A stretch of 64,000 bases of DNA from positions 1,760,001-1,824,000 of the forward strand of contig CAWEZH010000002.1 of the NCBI GenBank assembly GCA_963813535.1, given 5' to 3'. Below, one piece after another: positions 47,100 through 57,886 of the stretch (its first letter is position 1; each line of letters begins with the position of its first letter). The DNA comes from an uncultured Chloroflexia bacterium (GTDB lineage Bacteria; Chloroflexota; Limnocylindria; Limnocylindrales; CSP1-4). The position numbers and the translations under genes were made by a program. Below the pieces are notes generated by a model. That model did no database searches, had not been told where the DNA came from, and was given only the letters and a program-made list of their open reading frames with translations.

Positions 47100-48121
47100 C
47101 CTCCCGCTTCGACGATGACGTGATGGAACCCGAGGAGCGCCCGTTCGGCAAACGCGATCGGCTGGCTCGGATGCTCCGGGTGGTCGCCGTGCTACGCGGT
47201 CATCCTGAGGGCATCCGACCGGCCGAGATCGCTCGCCGTACGGGTGTGGCGACGCGGACCGTCTATCGCGACCTCCGCGCCCTCGAGACCGAGGTCGGCG
47301 TCGCCGTCTGGTCGGAGGACGGGCTGTGGGGCGTCGTCGGCGAGGAGTTCCTGCCGCCACTCAAGCTCACACTCGACGAGGCGATGGCCGTCGTCCTGTC
47401 GGCGCGGCTGATGGTCCGCTATGCCGACAAGTACGACCCCGATCTCGCGGCCGCCTTCGAGAAGCTCGAGGAGGTCCTCCCCCGACCCCTGGCAGAGCAC
47501 GTCGAACGGACGCTGGACGTGCTCGCCCAGCACCAGCGCGATCCCGCCTTCAGCGAACACGTCCATCGACTCACCCGGGCATGGGCCGAGCGCCGGGTGG
47601 TGACCCTCGAGTACGAGCCGGCCCGCTACGCACCGGAGTCCGCTGCCAGACGTGCCGTCGTGCGGCCGTACCTGATCGAGCCTTCGCTGCAGACGCACGC
47701 CCTCTACCTCATCGGCTGGGACGAGACGAAGGACGCGCTGCGGACGTTCAAGATCGAGCGCATCCGGGATGTGGCGCTGACCCCGCGGACCTTCGAGCTA
47801 CCCGAAGGCGACGGGGTCGAGAGCGCGCTTCGGCGGGCGTGGGACATCATCGCCGACCAGCCGGCGACCGACGTCGTCCTCCGATTCTCGCCCTCGGTCG
47901 CGGCTCGCGTCCAGGAAGCGACGTGGCATCCGACCCAGCGCGTGGCGGTCGCCAAGGACGGCTCGCTGACGTGGCGGGGCACCGTCGCGGGGACCATCGA
48001 GATCCGCCTCTGGATCCTGTCCTGGGGTGCGGATGTCGAGGTCCTCGAGCCCGAGTCGCTCCGATTTGACGTTGCGTCGACGCACCGTTCTGCGGCTTCG
48101 CAGTACGAGACGGCGGGATGA
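47096..48121 (+). CDS. HTH-WYL-WCX transcriptional regulator (YafY/PafC-like)
   Basis: RTVYRDLRAL HTH, LPPLKLTLDEA, LYLIGWD, RTFKIERI, WILSWGADVEVLEP. Confidence 0.93.
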   Translation: MTSRFDDDVMEPEERPFGKRDRLARMLRVVAVLRGHPEGIRPAEIARRTGVATRTVYRDLRALETEVGVAVWSEDGLWGVVGEEFLPPLKLTLDEAMAVVLSARLMVRYADKYDPDLAAAFEKLEEVLPRPLAEHVERTLDVLAQHQRDPAFSEHVHRLTRAWAERRVVTLEYEPARYAPESAARRAVVRPYLIEPSLQTHALYLIGWDETKDALRTFKIERIRDVALTPRTFELPEGDGVESALRRAWDIIADQPATDVVLRFSPSVAARVQEATWHPTQRVAVAKDGSLTWRGTVAGTIEIRLWILSWGADVEVLEPESLRFDVASTHRSAASQYETAG

Positions 48122-48188
48122 TGTTTGCCATGTGAGGTAGGGTTGGTGCTCGACACGCCACGTGATCCCCCACACGGAGGACGTGCCC

Positions 48189-48989
48189 ATGCACTCCACC
48201 TCACGCCGTCGGTGGCTGGCCGTCGCCATGCCCGCCGCACTGATCGCGGCCATCGCGATCACGGTCGTCGCCCCCACCGCGACCGGCACGTCTGCCTCGA
48301 CCGCCGAGTCATCCGTCATCGGATGGATCAACGCCGCGCGGTCGGCACGAGGCCTCGTCCCGCTCAGATATGACAGCGATCTCGCGTCGATCTCCGGGAT
48401 CCGCGCCAGCCGGATGGCGTCACGCAACGTGATGAGCCATACCGTCGGGGGCAACCTCACATCGCAGCTCAACGCCTATGGCGTGCAGTGGTTCCGCTAC
48501 GGCGAGGACATCGGCTGGTCGACCGCGTCGTGGCCGTCGACGTCGGCGAAGTCGATCTTCAATGCCTGGATGAGCAGCGCACCACACCGCGCGATGATCC
48601 TGAGCAACCGGTTCAACTACGTGGGCGTCGGGCTCGCCTATCGCTCGTCGGGTCACAGGACCTTCTCATCGGCGGTCTTCGCGGAGACGACCGACCACAC
48701 GAGGGCCGTCGCCCGGGTGACCCGCGCCACGCGATCCGGCAACGACGTCCGATGGTCGTGGAGCGGCTACGACCCGCGGCTGCAGACCCACACCGCCGGG
48801 CTGCGCAACTACGACGTGCAGTACCGCACGAATTACGGGGCGTGGCATCTGCTCCGGAACGACACGTCGCAGAGCTCGGTCACCATCTACAACAGGGGGA
48901 CCGGGACATACGCCGTCCGCGTGCGAGCCACCGACCGGCGTGGCAATGTGGGCGCATGGAGCAGCGAGGCTCGCATCCGGGTTCCCTGA
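48189..48989 (+). CDS. Secreted CAP/SCP domain protein with FN3-like C-terminus
   Basis: Signal peptide, INAARSARGL, GEDIG, WMSSAPHRAMIL, VGVG; YDVQYR...RVRATDRRGNVGAWS. Confidence 0.88.
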   Translation: MHSTSRRRWLAVAMPAALIAAIAITVVAPTATGTSASTAESSVIGWINAARSARGLVPLRYDSDLASISGIRASRMASRNVMSHTVGGNLTSQLNAYGVQWFRYGEDIGWSTASWPSTSAKSIFNAWMSSAPHRAMILSNRFNYVGVGLAYRSSGHRTFSSAVFAETTDHTRAVARVTRATRSGNDVRWSWSGYDPRLQTHTAGLRNYDVQYRTNYGAWHLLRNDTSQSSVTIYNRGTGTYAVRVRATDRRGNVGAWSSEARIRVP

Positions 48990-48996
48990 CCCGTCC

Positions 48997-50408
48997 ATGA
49001 GGCGGCACCCGTTTGCCGCCGTCAACCTGATCAGTGACCCGATCCACGGGTACATCGAGCTCACCAAGCGGCTGACGGCCGCCGAGTCGTCAGCCGCAGG
49101 TCTCCCGGCCGAGGACGTCGCCGAAGAGGACCTCCTCGACACGGCGTGGCTCCAGCGCCTTCGACGGATCAGCCAGCTGCAGAGTGCTCGGTGGGTCTTC
49201 CCGACCGCCGAGCATTCGCGCTTCACCCACGGTCTGGGCGTCATGCACGAGGCGGGCCTGTGGGCCCGCTCGCTCTATCCGAGCCTGCGCGCGGAGCTCG
49301 TGTCCGCGGGTGAGACCCCGATCCCCTCCGAGGGCCTGGTGACCGAGACGATGCGCATGGCCGGGCTGCTCCACGACGTCGGGCACGGGCCGTTCGCCCA
49401 CTTCTTCGACGACCACGTCCTGTCGGCGTTCGACGCACCCGATGATCCGCGCCGGCCCGACGCCAAGCGCCTCACCCACGAGGATCTCAGCGCCCGGATC
49501 ATCGGCGAGTCGGGCGACCTGCTGCGCGGGCTCCGACGCGCGCCGGGGGCGGTCGCCGAGCGCGACGCGCTAGCGGGACGATGAGGCGATCGACCCCGAC
49601 TGGGTCGCGTTCCTCATCGCCAAGCCTGCCCTCAGCGACCCGGGCATGCCGCGCTGGGTGCGCTGGCTGGCACCGCTGCTGTCTGGCGTGTTCACCGTCG
49701 ACAACCTCGACTACGTCCGGCGCGACGCGTACCTCACGGGGGTCACGGCGGGACCCGTCGACGTCGAGCGCCTGCGGCGCTACACGTTCATCGGCGCCGA
49801 GGGCCTGACGCTGTTCGAGCCCGGGCTCGGCGCCTTGGAGATGTTCCTGAGCTCCCGCCGGTTCATGTACCAGCAGGTGTACTTCCACCGGACGGTGCGG
49901 GCGATCGATCTCGATCTCGCGGACGTCTTCGGCCCGTCGATCGCGGCGATCTTCGGCGACGGCTCACCGGCCGACCGACTGCCGGCGTACGCCGACCTGG
50001 ACGAGTACGCACTCCTCCACCAGGCGGCGCGCTGGGCGCGCGGCCTCGACGTCGTCGACGCACGGGAGCGGTACTCCGGAGCCGGGTGACGGACGGGTGC
50101 AACGCCCGATCGCCGAAGCGTGGCGGGCGATCCTTCTCCGTCAGCCGACGTGGCGTGCGGAAGCCGAGGTCCGGTCGGAATACGAGGGCCGCGAGCCGCC
50201 GGCCCATGTCGTCGCGGCGCTCGGAGAGGCGGAGCCTGGTCGGGTCGCGATCGACCTGGCGGTCGTCGATGCGCGGCCCGCCGACGCGACCGCCACCGAC
50301 CGGCTGCTGGCCCTCGAAGGTCGCGACGGGCGGTCGATGTCGCTCGCCGCGGCGCTCGCCTCGATCCCGACGAACTGGCTGGTCGGCCGCCGCTACCGGC
50401 GGCGCTGA
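48997..50408 (+). CDS. HD-domain phosphohydrolase, SAMHD1-like dNTPase family (two frameshifts, ~49576 and ~50064)
   Basis: DPIHGYI, QRLRRISQL, EHSRFTH, LLHDVGHGPFAH, DNLDYVRRD, MYQQVYFH. Confidence 0.88.
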
Positions 50409-50418
50409 ACGGCGGCCA

Positions 50419-51339
50419 TCACGAGGGTCGAGGTGACGGCTGCGGACTCGTCTTGGGCTTCGGGGCGTGCTGGGGCAGCACGACCAGCGGGTCGATCCGG
50501 GCGATCTGGAAGGCCGGCACCTTCATCCGCTTCACGACGGCCGGGTCGATGGCGAACGTCGCGGTCTCGAGGGGGCTGAACAACCCGTAGTGGAGGTGGC
50601 AGCCGGATGCGCGACCGGTGGCACCCTCGAGACCGAGGAACTGGCCGGCCTTCACGTTCTGGCCCTTCTTGACGACGATCCTGCTGAAGTGGGCATAGAC
50701 ACTTCGGTAACCGTTGCCGTCGTCGATGACGACCGTGATCGGCAGCGTCTGCCACAGGTGCTTGCTATCGAGCCGATGGGTGTAGGGCTTCAGATCGCCG
50801 ACCCAGCCCATCGCCTGGTCGAACCGTCGGCCTGCCGCGACGACCCTGCCGGCATGCGCGGCGACCACCCGATCACCACAGAACGTCGCCAGGTCGATCC
50901 CGTCGTGGAAGCTCTTGCCCTCGACCAGTCGCGATCCCCACGGGGACGGACCGAAGGGCAGCGTCAGACGGCCGTGGGCCAGCGGCGACCGATAGCCCTC
51001 GAGCAACTCGGGCGCCACCGGGGTGGGTGCGAGCGACGGTGCCGAAACGCCGGGCGGCGACGGTCGTGCACTCGGGCGGACGACCGGCGCGGCCGGCGGG
51101 ACCGTCGTGAGCGCGGCGACCGGTTCGGGCGTCGCGATCGCACCCTGCACGTCGCCCGCCCTGCCGAATGGCCCGTTCGCGAGCGTCGACGCTATGGCCG
51201 CCGTGGCCGCCACGACCACGACGAGACTGGCAGCGCGGCGCACCCGACGTCGACGGCGACTGCCGTCGCGTTCATCGAGCGGGCGCGGGAGGTTGGCCAG
51301 AGGGCCCGGCTGGCGGCCGGTGTGACGGATCCCGGGCAT
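50419..51339 (-). CDS. M23 family metallopeptidase
   Basis: TM helix, HDGIDL, YAHF, GCHLHY. Confidence 0.9.
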   Translation of the reverse strand: MPGIRHTGRQPGPLANLPRPLDERDGSRRRRRVRRAASLVVVVAATAAIASTLANGPFGRAGDVQGAIATPEPVAALTTVPPAAPVVRPSARPSPPGVSAPSLAPTPVAPELLEGYRSPLAHGRLTLPFGPSPWGSRLVEGKSFHDGIDLATFCGDRVVAAHAGRVVAAGRRFDQAMGWVGDLKPYTHRLDSKHLWQTLPITVVIDDGNGYRSVYAHFSRIVVKKGQNVKAGQFLGLEGATGRASGCHLHYGLFSPLETATFAIDPAVVKRMKVPAFQIARIDPLVVLPQHAPKPKTSPQPSPRPS

Positions 51340-51371
51340 GGGCGGTCATGGTATGCGAACCTGACGTCGAT

Positions 51372-52163
51372 ATGGCCGAGAGCCCGATCCGACCGCCGCT
51401 CGACGCCCCGGCCTCGGCATACGACAGGCACTGGATCGCCGCGCATCTCGCCGAGGAGCGACGAGCAAGTTCCCTGCTCGGCGAGATCCGCGAAGTGGTC
51501 TTCGGTCTCCAGGACGGCCTGGTCTCGACGCTCGCTGTCGTCGCGACCGTCGCCGGTGCCACCGGAGGGGCATTCCCGGTCGTCGTCGCCGGCATCGCCA
51601 GCGCACTCGCCGGGGTCTTCTCGATGGCTGCCGGCGAGTACATCGGCAGCAAGAGCCAGCGCGAGATCTTCGACGCCCAGATCCACGAGGAGCGCCACGA
51701 GGTCGATGAGCGCCCGGGCGAGGCGGAGGCGGAGGTCGCCTTCATGCTCGCCGAGGAAGGGCTTGGCGATGAGGATGCGCAGCGCATCGCCGCCCTCATG
51801 GCTCGCCATCCCGAGGTGCTCCTTCGGACCATGGTGACCCGCGAGCTCGGCATCCAGGTCGACGACCGTGGAGGGACCGTGCTGCGCGGCGCCGTGTTCA
51901 TGGGGGCCGCCTTCGGCATCGGCGCGCTGGTGCCGATCCTCCCGTTCCTGCTGCTCCCGTTCTCCACGTCACTACCGGCGGCCGTGATCGCGACGGGCGC
52001 GGTCCTGTTCGGGATCGGCGTCGTGAAGAGTCGCTGGACGCACCGCTCTGCGGCCGCGTCGGGCCTGGAAGTGCTCGTACTCGCGGCCGTCGCGGGTGTC
52101 GCCGGCTACCTGTTCGGGACGGTCCTGCCGGAAATCCTGGGTGTCGCCGGGATCACCGGCTAG
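51372..52163 (+). CDS. VIT1/CCC1 family Fe/Mn transporter
   Basis: REVVFGLQDGLVS, SMAAGEYI, ELGI. Confidence 0.92.
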   Translation: MAESPIRPPLDAPASAYDRHWIAAHLAEERRASSLLGEIREVVFGLQDGLVSTLAVVATVAGATGGAFPVVVAGIASALAGVFSMAAGEYIGSKSQREIFDAQIHEERHEVDERPGEAEAEVAFMLAEEGLGDEDAQRIAALMARHPEVLLRTMVTRELGIQVDDRGGTVLRGAVFMGAAFGIGALVPILPFLLLPFSTSLPAAVIATGAVLFGIGVVKSRWTHRSAAASGLEVLVLAAVAGVAGYLFGTVLPEILGVAGITG

Positions 52164-54870
52164 GGGCGAGTCGCGCTCGAGCTGGCGCTGCGCCCACCCT
52201 GGCGGATCGCTGCCAGGACGCGGTCCGGCGTGGCCGGTACGACATCCATCCGGACGCCGGTCGCGTGGCGGATCGCGCCGAGGATCGCCGGTGCGGTCGG
52301 GATGAGGGCCGGCTCACCGACGCCCTTCGCGCCGAATGGCCCGGCCGGCTCGGCATCCTCCACGAGGATCGTCTCGATCGGCGGGATGTCGCCGATGGTC
52401 GGGATCAGGTAGTCGTGCAGGTTGTCGGTCCGGCCGGCCCGGTACTCCTCCATCAACGCGAACCCGAGGCCCTGGGCGATCCCGCCGTGGATCTGGCCCT
52501 CGACGAGCATCGGGTTGATGGCCCGACCGACGTCGTGCGCCGCGACGATCCGTCGGACGGACGTGGTGCCGAGCTCGAGGTCGACATCGACGACGGCGAT
52601 CTGCGCGCCGAACCCGTACGTCTCGTAGGGGATGCCCTGCCCGTCGGCATCGAGCGGCGTCGTCCGTGGATCGTAGCTCCCCTGCCCGACCAGGACGCAG
52701 CCGTCGGCGTCCTCGGGTAGCGCTCCGAGGTCCGGGCCGGCCATCTCGATCCGACGCAGCAGGTCGTCAGCCGCCAGCCGCGTCGCATTGCCCGACACGA
52801 ACGTCTGCCTCGACGCCGACGTCTTCCCGGCGTCGGCCGTACGGTCGGTGTCCCCGGTCACGAGATCGATCGTGGAGAGGGGGACGTCGAGTGCATCGGC
52901 CGCGATCTGACTCAAGATCGTCGACGAGCCCTGCCCGATATCCTGCGCGCCGCTGAACAGGACATAGCGACCATCGCGCCGGATGCCGATACGGATCGTC
53001 GATGGATTGGGCAGCGACGTGTTGCCGATGCCGTACCACATCGCCCCGATCCCGACGCCGCGCCGCGTGGGTCGGCCGGTCGCCGCCACCTCCGCATTCG
53101 AGCGTCGAGCGTCGTCGATCTCCTCCTGCCACGCCGGCCGCAGCGCCTCGAGGCACGGCGCCAGCCCGGCGCTGGCCTCCAGGACCTGGCCCGTGGCGGT
53201 CGTGGAACCGGCCCGCAGGACGTTCCGCAGGCGGATCTCGAGGCGGTCGAGACCGAGCTCCTCGGCGACATCGTCGATGAGCGCCTCGTGGGCGATCGCG
53301 GCCTGCGGGACGCCGAACCCGCGGAAGGCGCCACCGATCGGACCATTCGTGTAGATCGCGCGCGACGTGGCGCGCACCGCCGGCATGACGTAGGGGCCCG
53401 TCGCGTGCACGGGGACCCGGTTGGCCACGGTCGGTCCCCACGAGGCGTAGGCGCCCGTGTCGAAGTCGCCGTGGAAGTCGAAGGCGGTGAACCGACCGTC
53501 TGCGTCGGCACCGAGCGTGGCGGTCATCACGGCCGGGTGGCGCTTGGTCGTCGAACGCATCGATTCAGGACGCGTGTAGACGCATCGGACCGGTCGATCG
53601 AGCACCCACGCAGCGATCGCGACCAGCGGCTGGACCGCCATGTCGAGCTTGCCGCCGAACCCGCCACCACACGCCGTCGGTACGATGCGGACGCGCTCTG
53701 GAGCGATGCCCAGGACCAGCGCGACCTCGTCGCGGTCCATGTAGGGCGTCTGGGTCGAGACGACGACCGTGACCCGGTCACCTTCGCGCACCGCGTAGCC
53801 GGCTTCGGGCTCGATGTACGCGTGCTCGACGTGGCTCGTCCGGAACGTCCCGGTCGCGGTCGCTGACGAGCCGCGACAGGGCAGATGCGACGTCGCCGCG
53901 AGCGACCCGCCCGCTCGTCAGGACGTTGCCGGTCGACGCCTCGTGGAGCTGTCGCGCGCCGCCGGCGACGGCGTCGGCCGGGTCGATCAGCGGTTCGAGG
54001 GGTTCCCAGGCGATCGGCACCTCGTCGTCCGCGATGGCGGCGATCGTCGACGCGTCGCCGACCAGCGCCGCGACCGCCTCGCCGCGGTAGCGGACGTAGC
54101 CGTCGGCGAGCGCCGGCTGATCCTTGCCCGTCGCATAGATGCCGTAGCGGTTCTGGCCCGGGACATCGGCGGCGAGCAGGACCCGTTCGAGTCCGGGATG
54201 CGCGTCATGCAGCGTCGCCAGGTCGCCGACCGTGAACCGCGCGTGGGCGTGCGGCGAGCGCACCACCCGAAGATGCAGCACGCCGGCCGGGAGCACGATC
54301 CGCGCCGAACGCGCTGACGCCGGTGACCTGGTCGATCCCGTCGATGCGCGCGACGCGGGCACCGACCGCCGCGCCGGGTGGCGGGAGCGACGGCGCCTCG
54401 ACCCCATCGATCGACGTGACGGCGTCGATGATCTTGCGATAGCCGGTGCAGCGACACAGGACGCCGCCGAGCGCGGCCAAGACCTGGGCCTCGCCTGGCG
54501 CTGGTCGTGCGTCGAGCAATGCATCCGCGGCCATGAGCATGCCGGGTGTGCAGATCCCGCACTGTGCCCCGCCGGTCCGCACGAACGCGGCCTGGACGGG
54601 TGCCAGTTCGCCGTCCCGGGCCAGGCCCTCGACGGTCGCCACGTCGCGTCCGTCGACCTGGCCGAGGGGCACGAGACACGCGCACACCGGTTCGCCGTCG
54701 AGGCGCACCGTGCACGCCCCGCAGTCGCCGGCGTCACAGCCGACCTTCGTCCCGGTCATCCCGAGGTCATCCCGGAGGACGTCGCTCAGCCGCCGGATCG
54801 GATCGCCCGCCACGGCCACCTCCCGGCCGTTGACGAGAAAGGTCGTGGGGCGAGCGGCGACGTCGGTCAC
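52160..54870 (-). CDS. Xanthine-dehydrogenase-family molybdoprotein with fused 2x[2Fe-2S] domain, nicotinate dehydrogenase-like (frameshifts ~54300, ~53860)
   Basis: GCDAGDCGAC, QCGICTPG, CRCTGY, HAYIEPE, GGGFGGK, AFRGFGVPQ, WYGIGNTSLPNPS, GAKGVGE. Confidence 0.9.
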
Positions 54871-55703
54871 GCCAGGAGCTCCGCGACGGCGCGGCGGACC
54901 AGGGTCAGCGCCGCGTCGCGTCGATAGGTCCCGGTCCCACGGACGTCATCGATCGGCGTTAGGCCTGCGAGGTCGTCATCGACGATCCGTGCCGCCAGTG
55001 ACGGCGCCGCGACCTGACCGGCGAGGCGAGCCTCGACCGCCTCGACCCGCATCGGCACTTCGGAACAGGCGCCTACCACGATCCGTGCCGCTGCCACGCG
55101 CCCGCTCTGGTTGACGTCCACGACCGCGGCGATGCTGGCGATCGAGATCACGAGGTACTTCCGCGACCCGAGTTTGAGGAAGGTGGAGCGGGCGGTCGCC
55201 GATGGTTCGGGGACGATGATCGCCGTCACGAGTTCATCCCCGCGCCGGGCCGTCCTGCGATTGCCTTCCACGAAGTCGCCGACGGGCATCTCCCGCCGCC
55301 CGGCCCGTGAGGACAGCTCGACGCGCGCGTCGAGCGCCATCAGGTTCGGCAGCCCATCGGCCGCCGGCGACGCGTTGCACAGGTTGCCGACCACGGTCCC
55401 GCGATTCTGGATCTGGACCCCGCCGATCGAGCGCGCCGCGGCCTTCAGGCCATCGAAAGCCGCTGACAGCTCGGCGCGCACCAGGTCGGTCCAGGTGGCG
55501 AGGGCCGGGATCCGGACGACGCCGTCAGATATGGATATCGCGCGCAGCTCAGGCAGGGCGCTGACGTCGAGGACGTCATCCGCGATCGGTCGGCCGACGT
55601 TCGCGGGATACACGTCGGTCCCGCCGGCGAGCATCGTCCACGGCCGCTCAGCGAGCGCCCCGAGCGCCTCGTCGAGGCTGGTCGGTCGCAGGTAATCGGC
55701 CAT
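54867..55703 (-). CDS. FAD-binding subunit of the XDH-family molybdoenzyme
   Basis: YLRPTSLDEAL, AGGTD, QIQNRGTVVGNLCNASPAADG, PIDDVRGT. Confidence 0.92.
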   Translation of the reverse strand: MADYLRPTSLDEALGALAERPWTMLAGGTDVYPANVGRPIADDVLDVSALPELRAISISDGVVRIPALATWTDLVRAELSAAFDGLKAAARSIGGVQIQNRGTVVGNLCNASPAADGLPNLMALDARVELSSRAGRREMPVGDFVEGNRRTARRGDELVTAIIVPEPSATARSTFLKLGSRKYLVISIASIAAVVDVNQSGRVAAARIVVGACSEVPMRVEAVEARLAGQVAAPSLAARIVDDDLAGLTPIDDVRGTGTYRRDAALTLVRRAVAELLA

Positions 55704-55708
55704 GGCCG

Positions 55709-56692
55709 TCAGTCGTGCAGCCGCGGCAGGACGTCGGACGCGATGCGCTCGAGCGTCTCGGGGCTCCAGTCGAGCGGGTTGAGGATCACGTGCTCGACGC
55801 CACCGAGCGCCTCGATCTTGCCGCGGATCCGGTCGGCCAGTGCCTCGGCCTCGCCGAGCAGATAGAACTCCTGCCAGTAATCGAGGTCCATACCCGAGAA
55901 GACGCGGAACCTCGGGGCTGCACTCTCCGGCGATTCGCCGGGCCCGAGGACGTGGATGAAATTCGAGTAGACCTTGGTCATCTCGTCGGGGTCGCGCCCG
56001 AGGCCGGCCATCTCTTCCCGGATGATCGCCCAATCCCCGGCGACCATCTCGGCCGTCGCCGACGAGTGGGGTACCCACGTCGATGCGTACTTGGCGATGC
56101 GCCGGAGTACGGGCCGGATCGTATCGACCGACTGGCCGTAGATCTTCTCGGACGGCTGGGTCCCGCCGCCGATCCAGATCGGCGGATGCGGTCGCTGGGC
56201 CGGCTTCGGCTCGATCGTCAGGTGTTCGAACCGGTAGAACTGTCCCTCGTAGCTCACGTCGTCACCCGCCCACAACGCGGTGATCGCCTCGAGCATCTCG
56301 TTCATCCGGCGACCCCGCTCACGAAGCGGGATGCGCAGCGCCTCGAATTCGCCGGGGTGCCATCCGACACCGACCCCGAGGATCGAGCGTCCGCCGGACA
56401 GCACGTCGAGCGTCGCCCACTCCTTGGCGAACGCGACCGGATCGCGGAAGGGGAGCACCAGGACGAGGGTCCCGAGTCGGATCGTCCGGGTGACGCCGGC
56501 CAAGCCCGACAGCAACGACACCGGCTCCAGCCAAGTCGTTCGATAGGCCGGCGGCGCGACGAGCAGGTGGTCGATGAGGAGCGCGCTCTCGAAGCCGAGG
56601 TCCTCCGCCCGTCGCAGGTAGGCCCCCATGTCGGCAAGGCTCGCCGTCTCCGAACCGAGCGCGAAGCTGGGGAGCCGGAGGCCGAAGCGCAT
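55709..56692 (-). CDS. LLM-class flavin (possibly F420)-dependent oxidoreductase
   Basis: AEDLGFES...DH, TIRLGTLV, TLDVLSGGR..LGVGVGW, PPIWIGG. Confidence 0.88.
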   Translation of the reverse strand: MRFGLRLPSFALGSETASLADMGAYLRRAEDLGFESALLIDHLLVAPPAYRTTWLEPVSLLSGLAGVTRTIRLGTLVLVLPFRDPVAFAKEWATLDVLSGGRSILGVGVGWHPGEFEALRIPLRERGRRMNEMLEAITALWAGDDVSYEGQFYRFEHLTIEPKPAQRPHPPIWIGGGTQPSEKIYGQSVDTIRPVLRRIAKYASTWVPHSSATAEMVAGDWAIIREEMAGLGRDPDEMTKVYSNFIHVLGPGESPESAAPRFRVFSGMDLDYWQEFYLLGEAEALADRIRGKIEALGGVEHVILNPLDWSPETLERIASDVLPRLHD

Positions 56693-57876
56693 CAGTGACC
56701 GCCGCCGGCGACCGCGATGCCCTTGACGACCTCCGCCATCCGCGTCGCTGGGGCGGTGTTCCGGCTCCGGCCGATGAGCGGCGTCCCATCGACGAGCACC
56801 ATCGAGACGCCCGGGATGTCGCCGTTCGTCAATGCCTCCAGTGCGGTCGTGCCGACCGACCCGACCGGAGCATCGACGATGCACAGGTCGGCGGCCTTTC
56901 CCGGCGCGATCACGCCGGTGTCGAGCCGATGCACGCGGGCGGTGTTTCCGGTCGCGAACGCGACGACGGACTCGGGCGCAACGGCGCCGAGCGACGCGAG
57001 GTGGGCCATCAGCCGCAGGATGCCCAGCGGGATCACGCCCGTTCCGGACGGCGCGTCGTTGCCCAGGATCACGCGCCCGAGCGATCCGGCGTCCGCAGCC
57101 ATGCGCAGCGCGTAGAGCGCGGTCCGGCCGTTGCCGCAATGGACGAGCTCCAAGGCGATCCCCGTGTCGGCGGCGACGAGCCGGTCGATGTCCGATTCCG
57201 GCAACGAGGTCGTCCCGCCGTTGATGTGGCCGGCCACGTCCGGGTCGGCCTCGAGGACCACGTCGGCGCCGATCGCCCCCGACCCGGGTAGCGACGGACC
57301 ACCCGTATGGAACGTCGAGACCATGCCGTGTGCGCGGGCCCAGGCCACCATCGGCGCGGCATCCGCGCCGGACCTCACGGACCCGAGCCCGATCTCACCG
57401 ATCAGCGTGACGCCACCGGCGGCCATCTCGGCGAAGTCGGCCTCGACCAGTCCGTGCTCGAGGATCGGTGCTCCGGCCCGGACCTTCACGCCACCCGGCC
57501 GGAACGTGGCATACGCACGGGCGATGGCGATGGCCAGCGCCTTCAGGCCGACGATGTCCTTGGGCCGGCCCGGCACGTGCGGCTCACCGGCCGAGATCAT
57601 CGTCGTGACCCCACCGTGGAGCGACGACTCGATGAAGTCGATCGTCCGCTGGCGCGGCGTGAAGTCGCCGACCGTCGGGTGCGCGTGTGAGTCGATGAGG
57701 CCGGGTATGACCGTCGTCCCGCCCGCGTCGATGACGACGTCGGCCGACTCGCTGTCGAGGTTGCGTCCCACCGCCTCGATTCGACCGTCGATGATCGATA
57801 TCGAGTCGCCGTCGAGCAGCGGCGCGTCGATGTCGCCCGAGACGACCTGGCCGATGCCGGTGATCAGCGTCCGCAC
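56692..57876 (-). CDS. Enamidase-like amidohydrolase
   Basis: PGLIDSHAH, GDFTPRQ, LHGGVTTMISAG, PGRPKD, HTGGPS, HINGG, NDAPSGTG closely match the remembered Eubacterium barkeri enamidase pattern. Confidence 0.85.
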   Translation of the reverse strand: MRTLITGIGQVVSGDIDAPLLDGDSISIIDGRIEAVGRNLDSESADVVIDAGGTTVIPGLIDSHAHPTVGDFTPRQRTIDFIESSLHGGVTTMISAGEPHVPGRPKDIVGLKALAIAIARAYATFRPGGVKVRAGAPILEHGLVEADFAEMAAGGVTLIGEIGLGSVRSGADAAPMVAWARAHGMVSTFHTGGPSLPGSGAIGADVVLEADPDVAGHINGGTTSLPESDIDRLVAADTGIALELVHCGNGRTALYALRMAADAGSLGRVILGNDAPSGTGVIPLGILRLMAHLASLGAVAPESVVAFATGNTARVHRLDTGVIAPGKAADLCIVDAPVGSVGTTALEALTNGDIPGVSMVLVDGTPLIGRSRNTAPATRMAEVVKGIAVAGGGH

Positions 57877-57886
57877 GATCGATGCC

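Noticed and set aside
1451-54870. Pseudogenes or programmed frameshifting in ppc, ECF ATPase, HD and Mo-enzyme genes
   Set aside because: All catalytic motifs are intact and no slippery heptamers were seen; assembly error is more parsimonious
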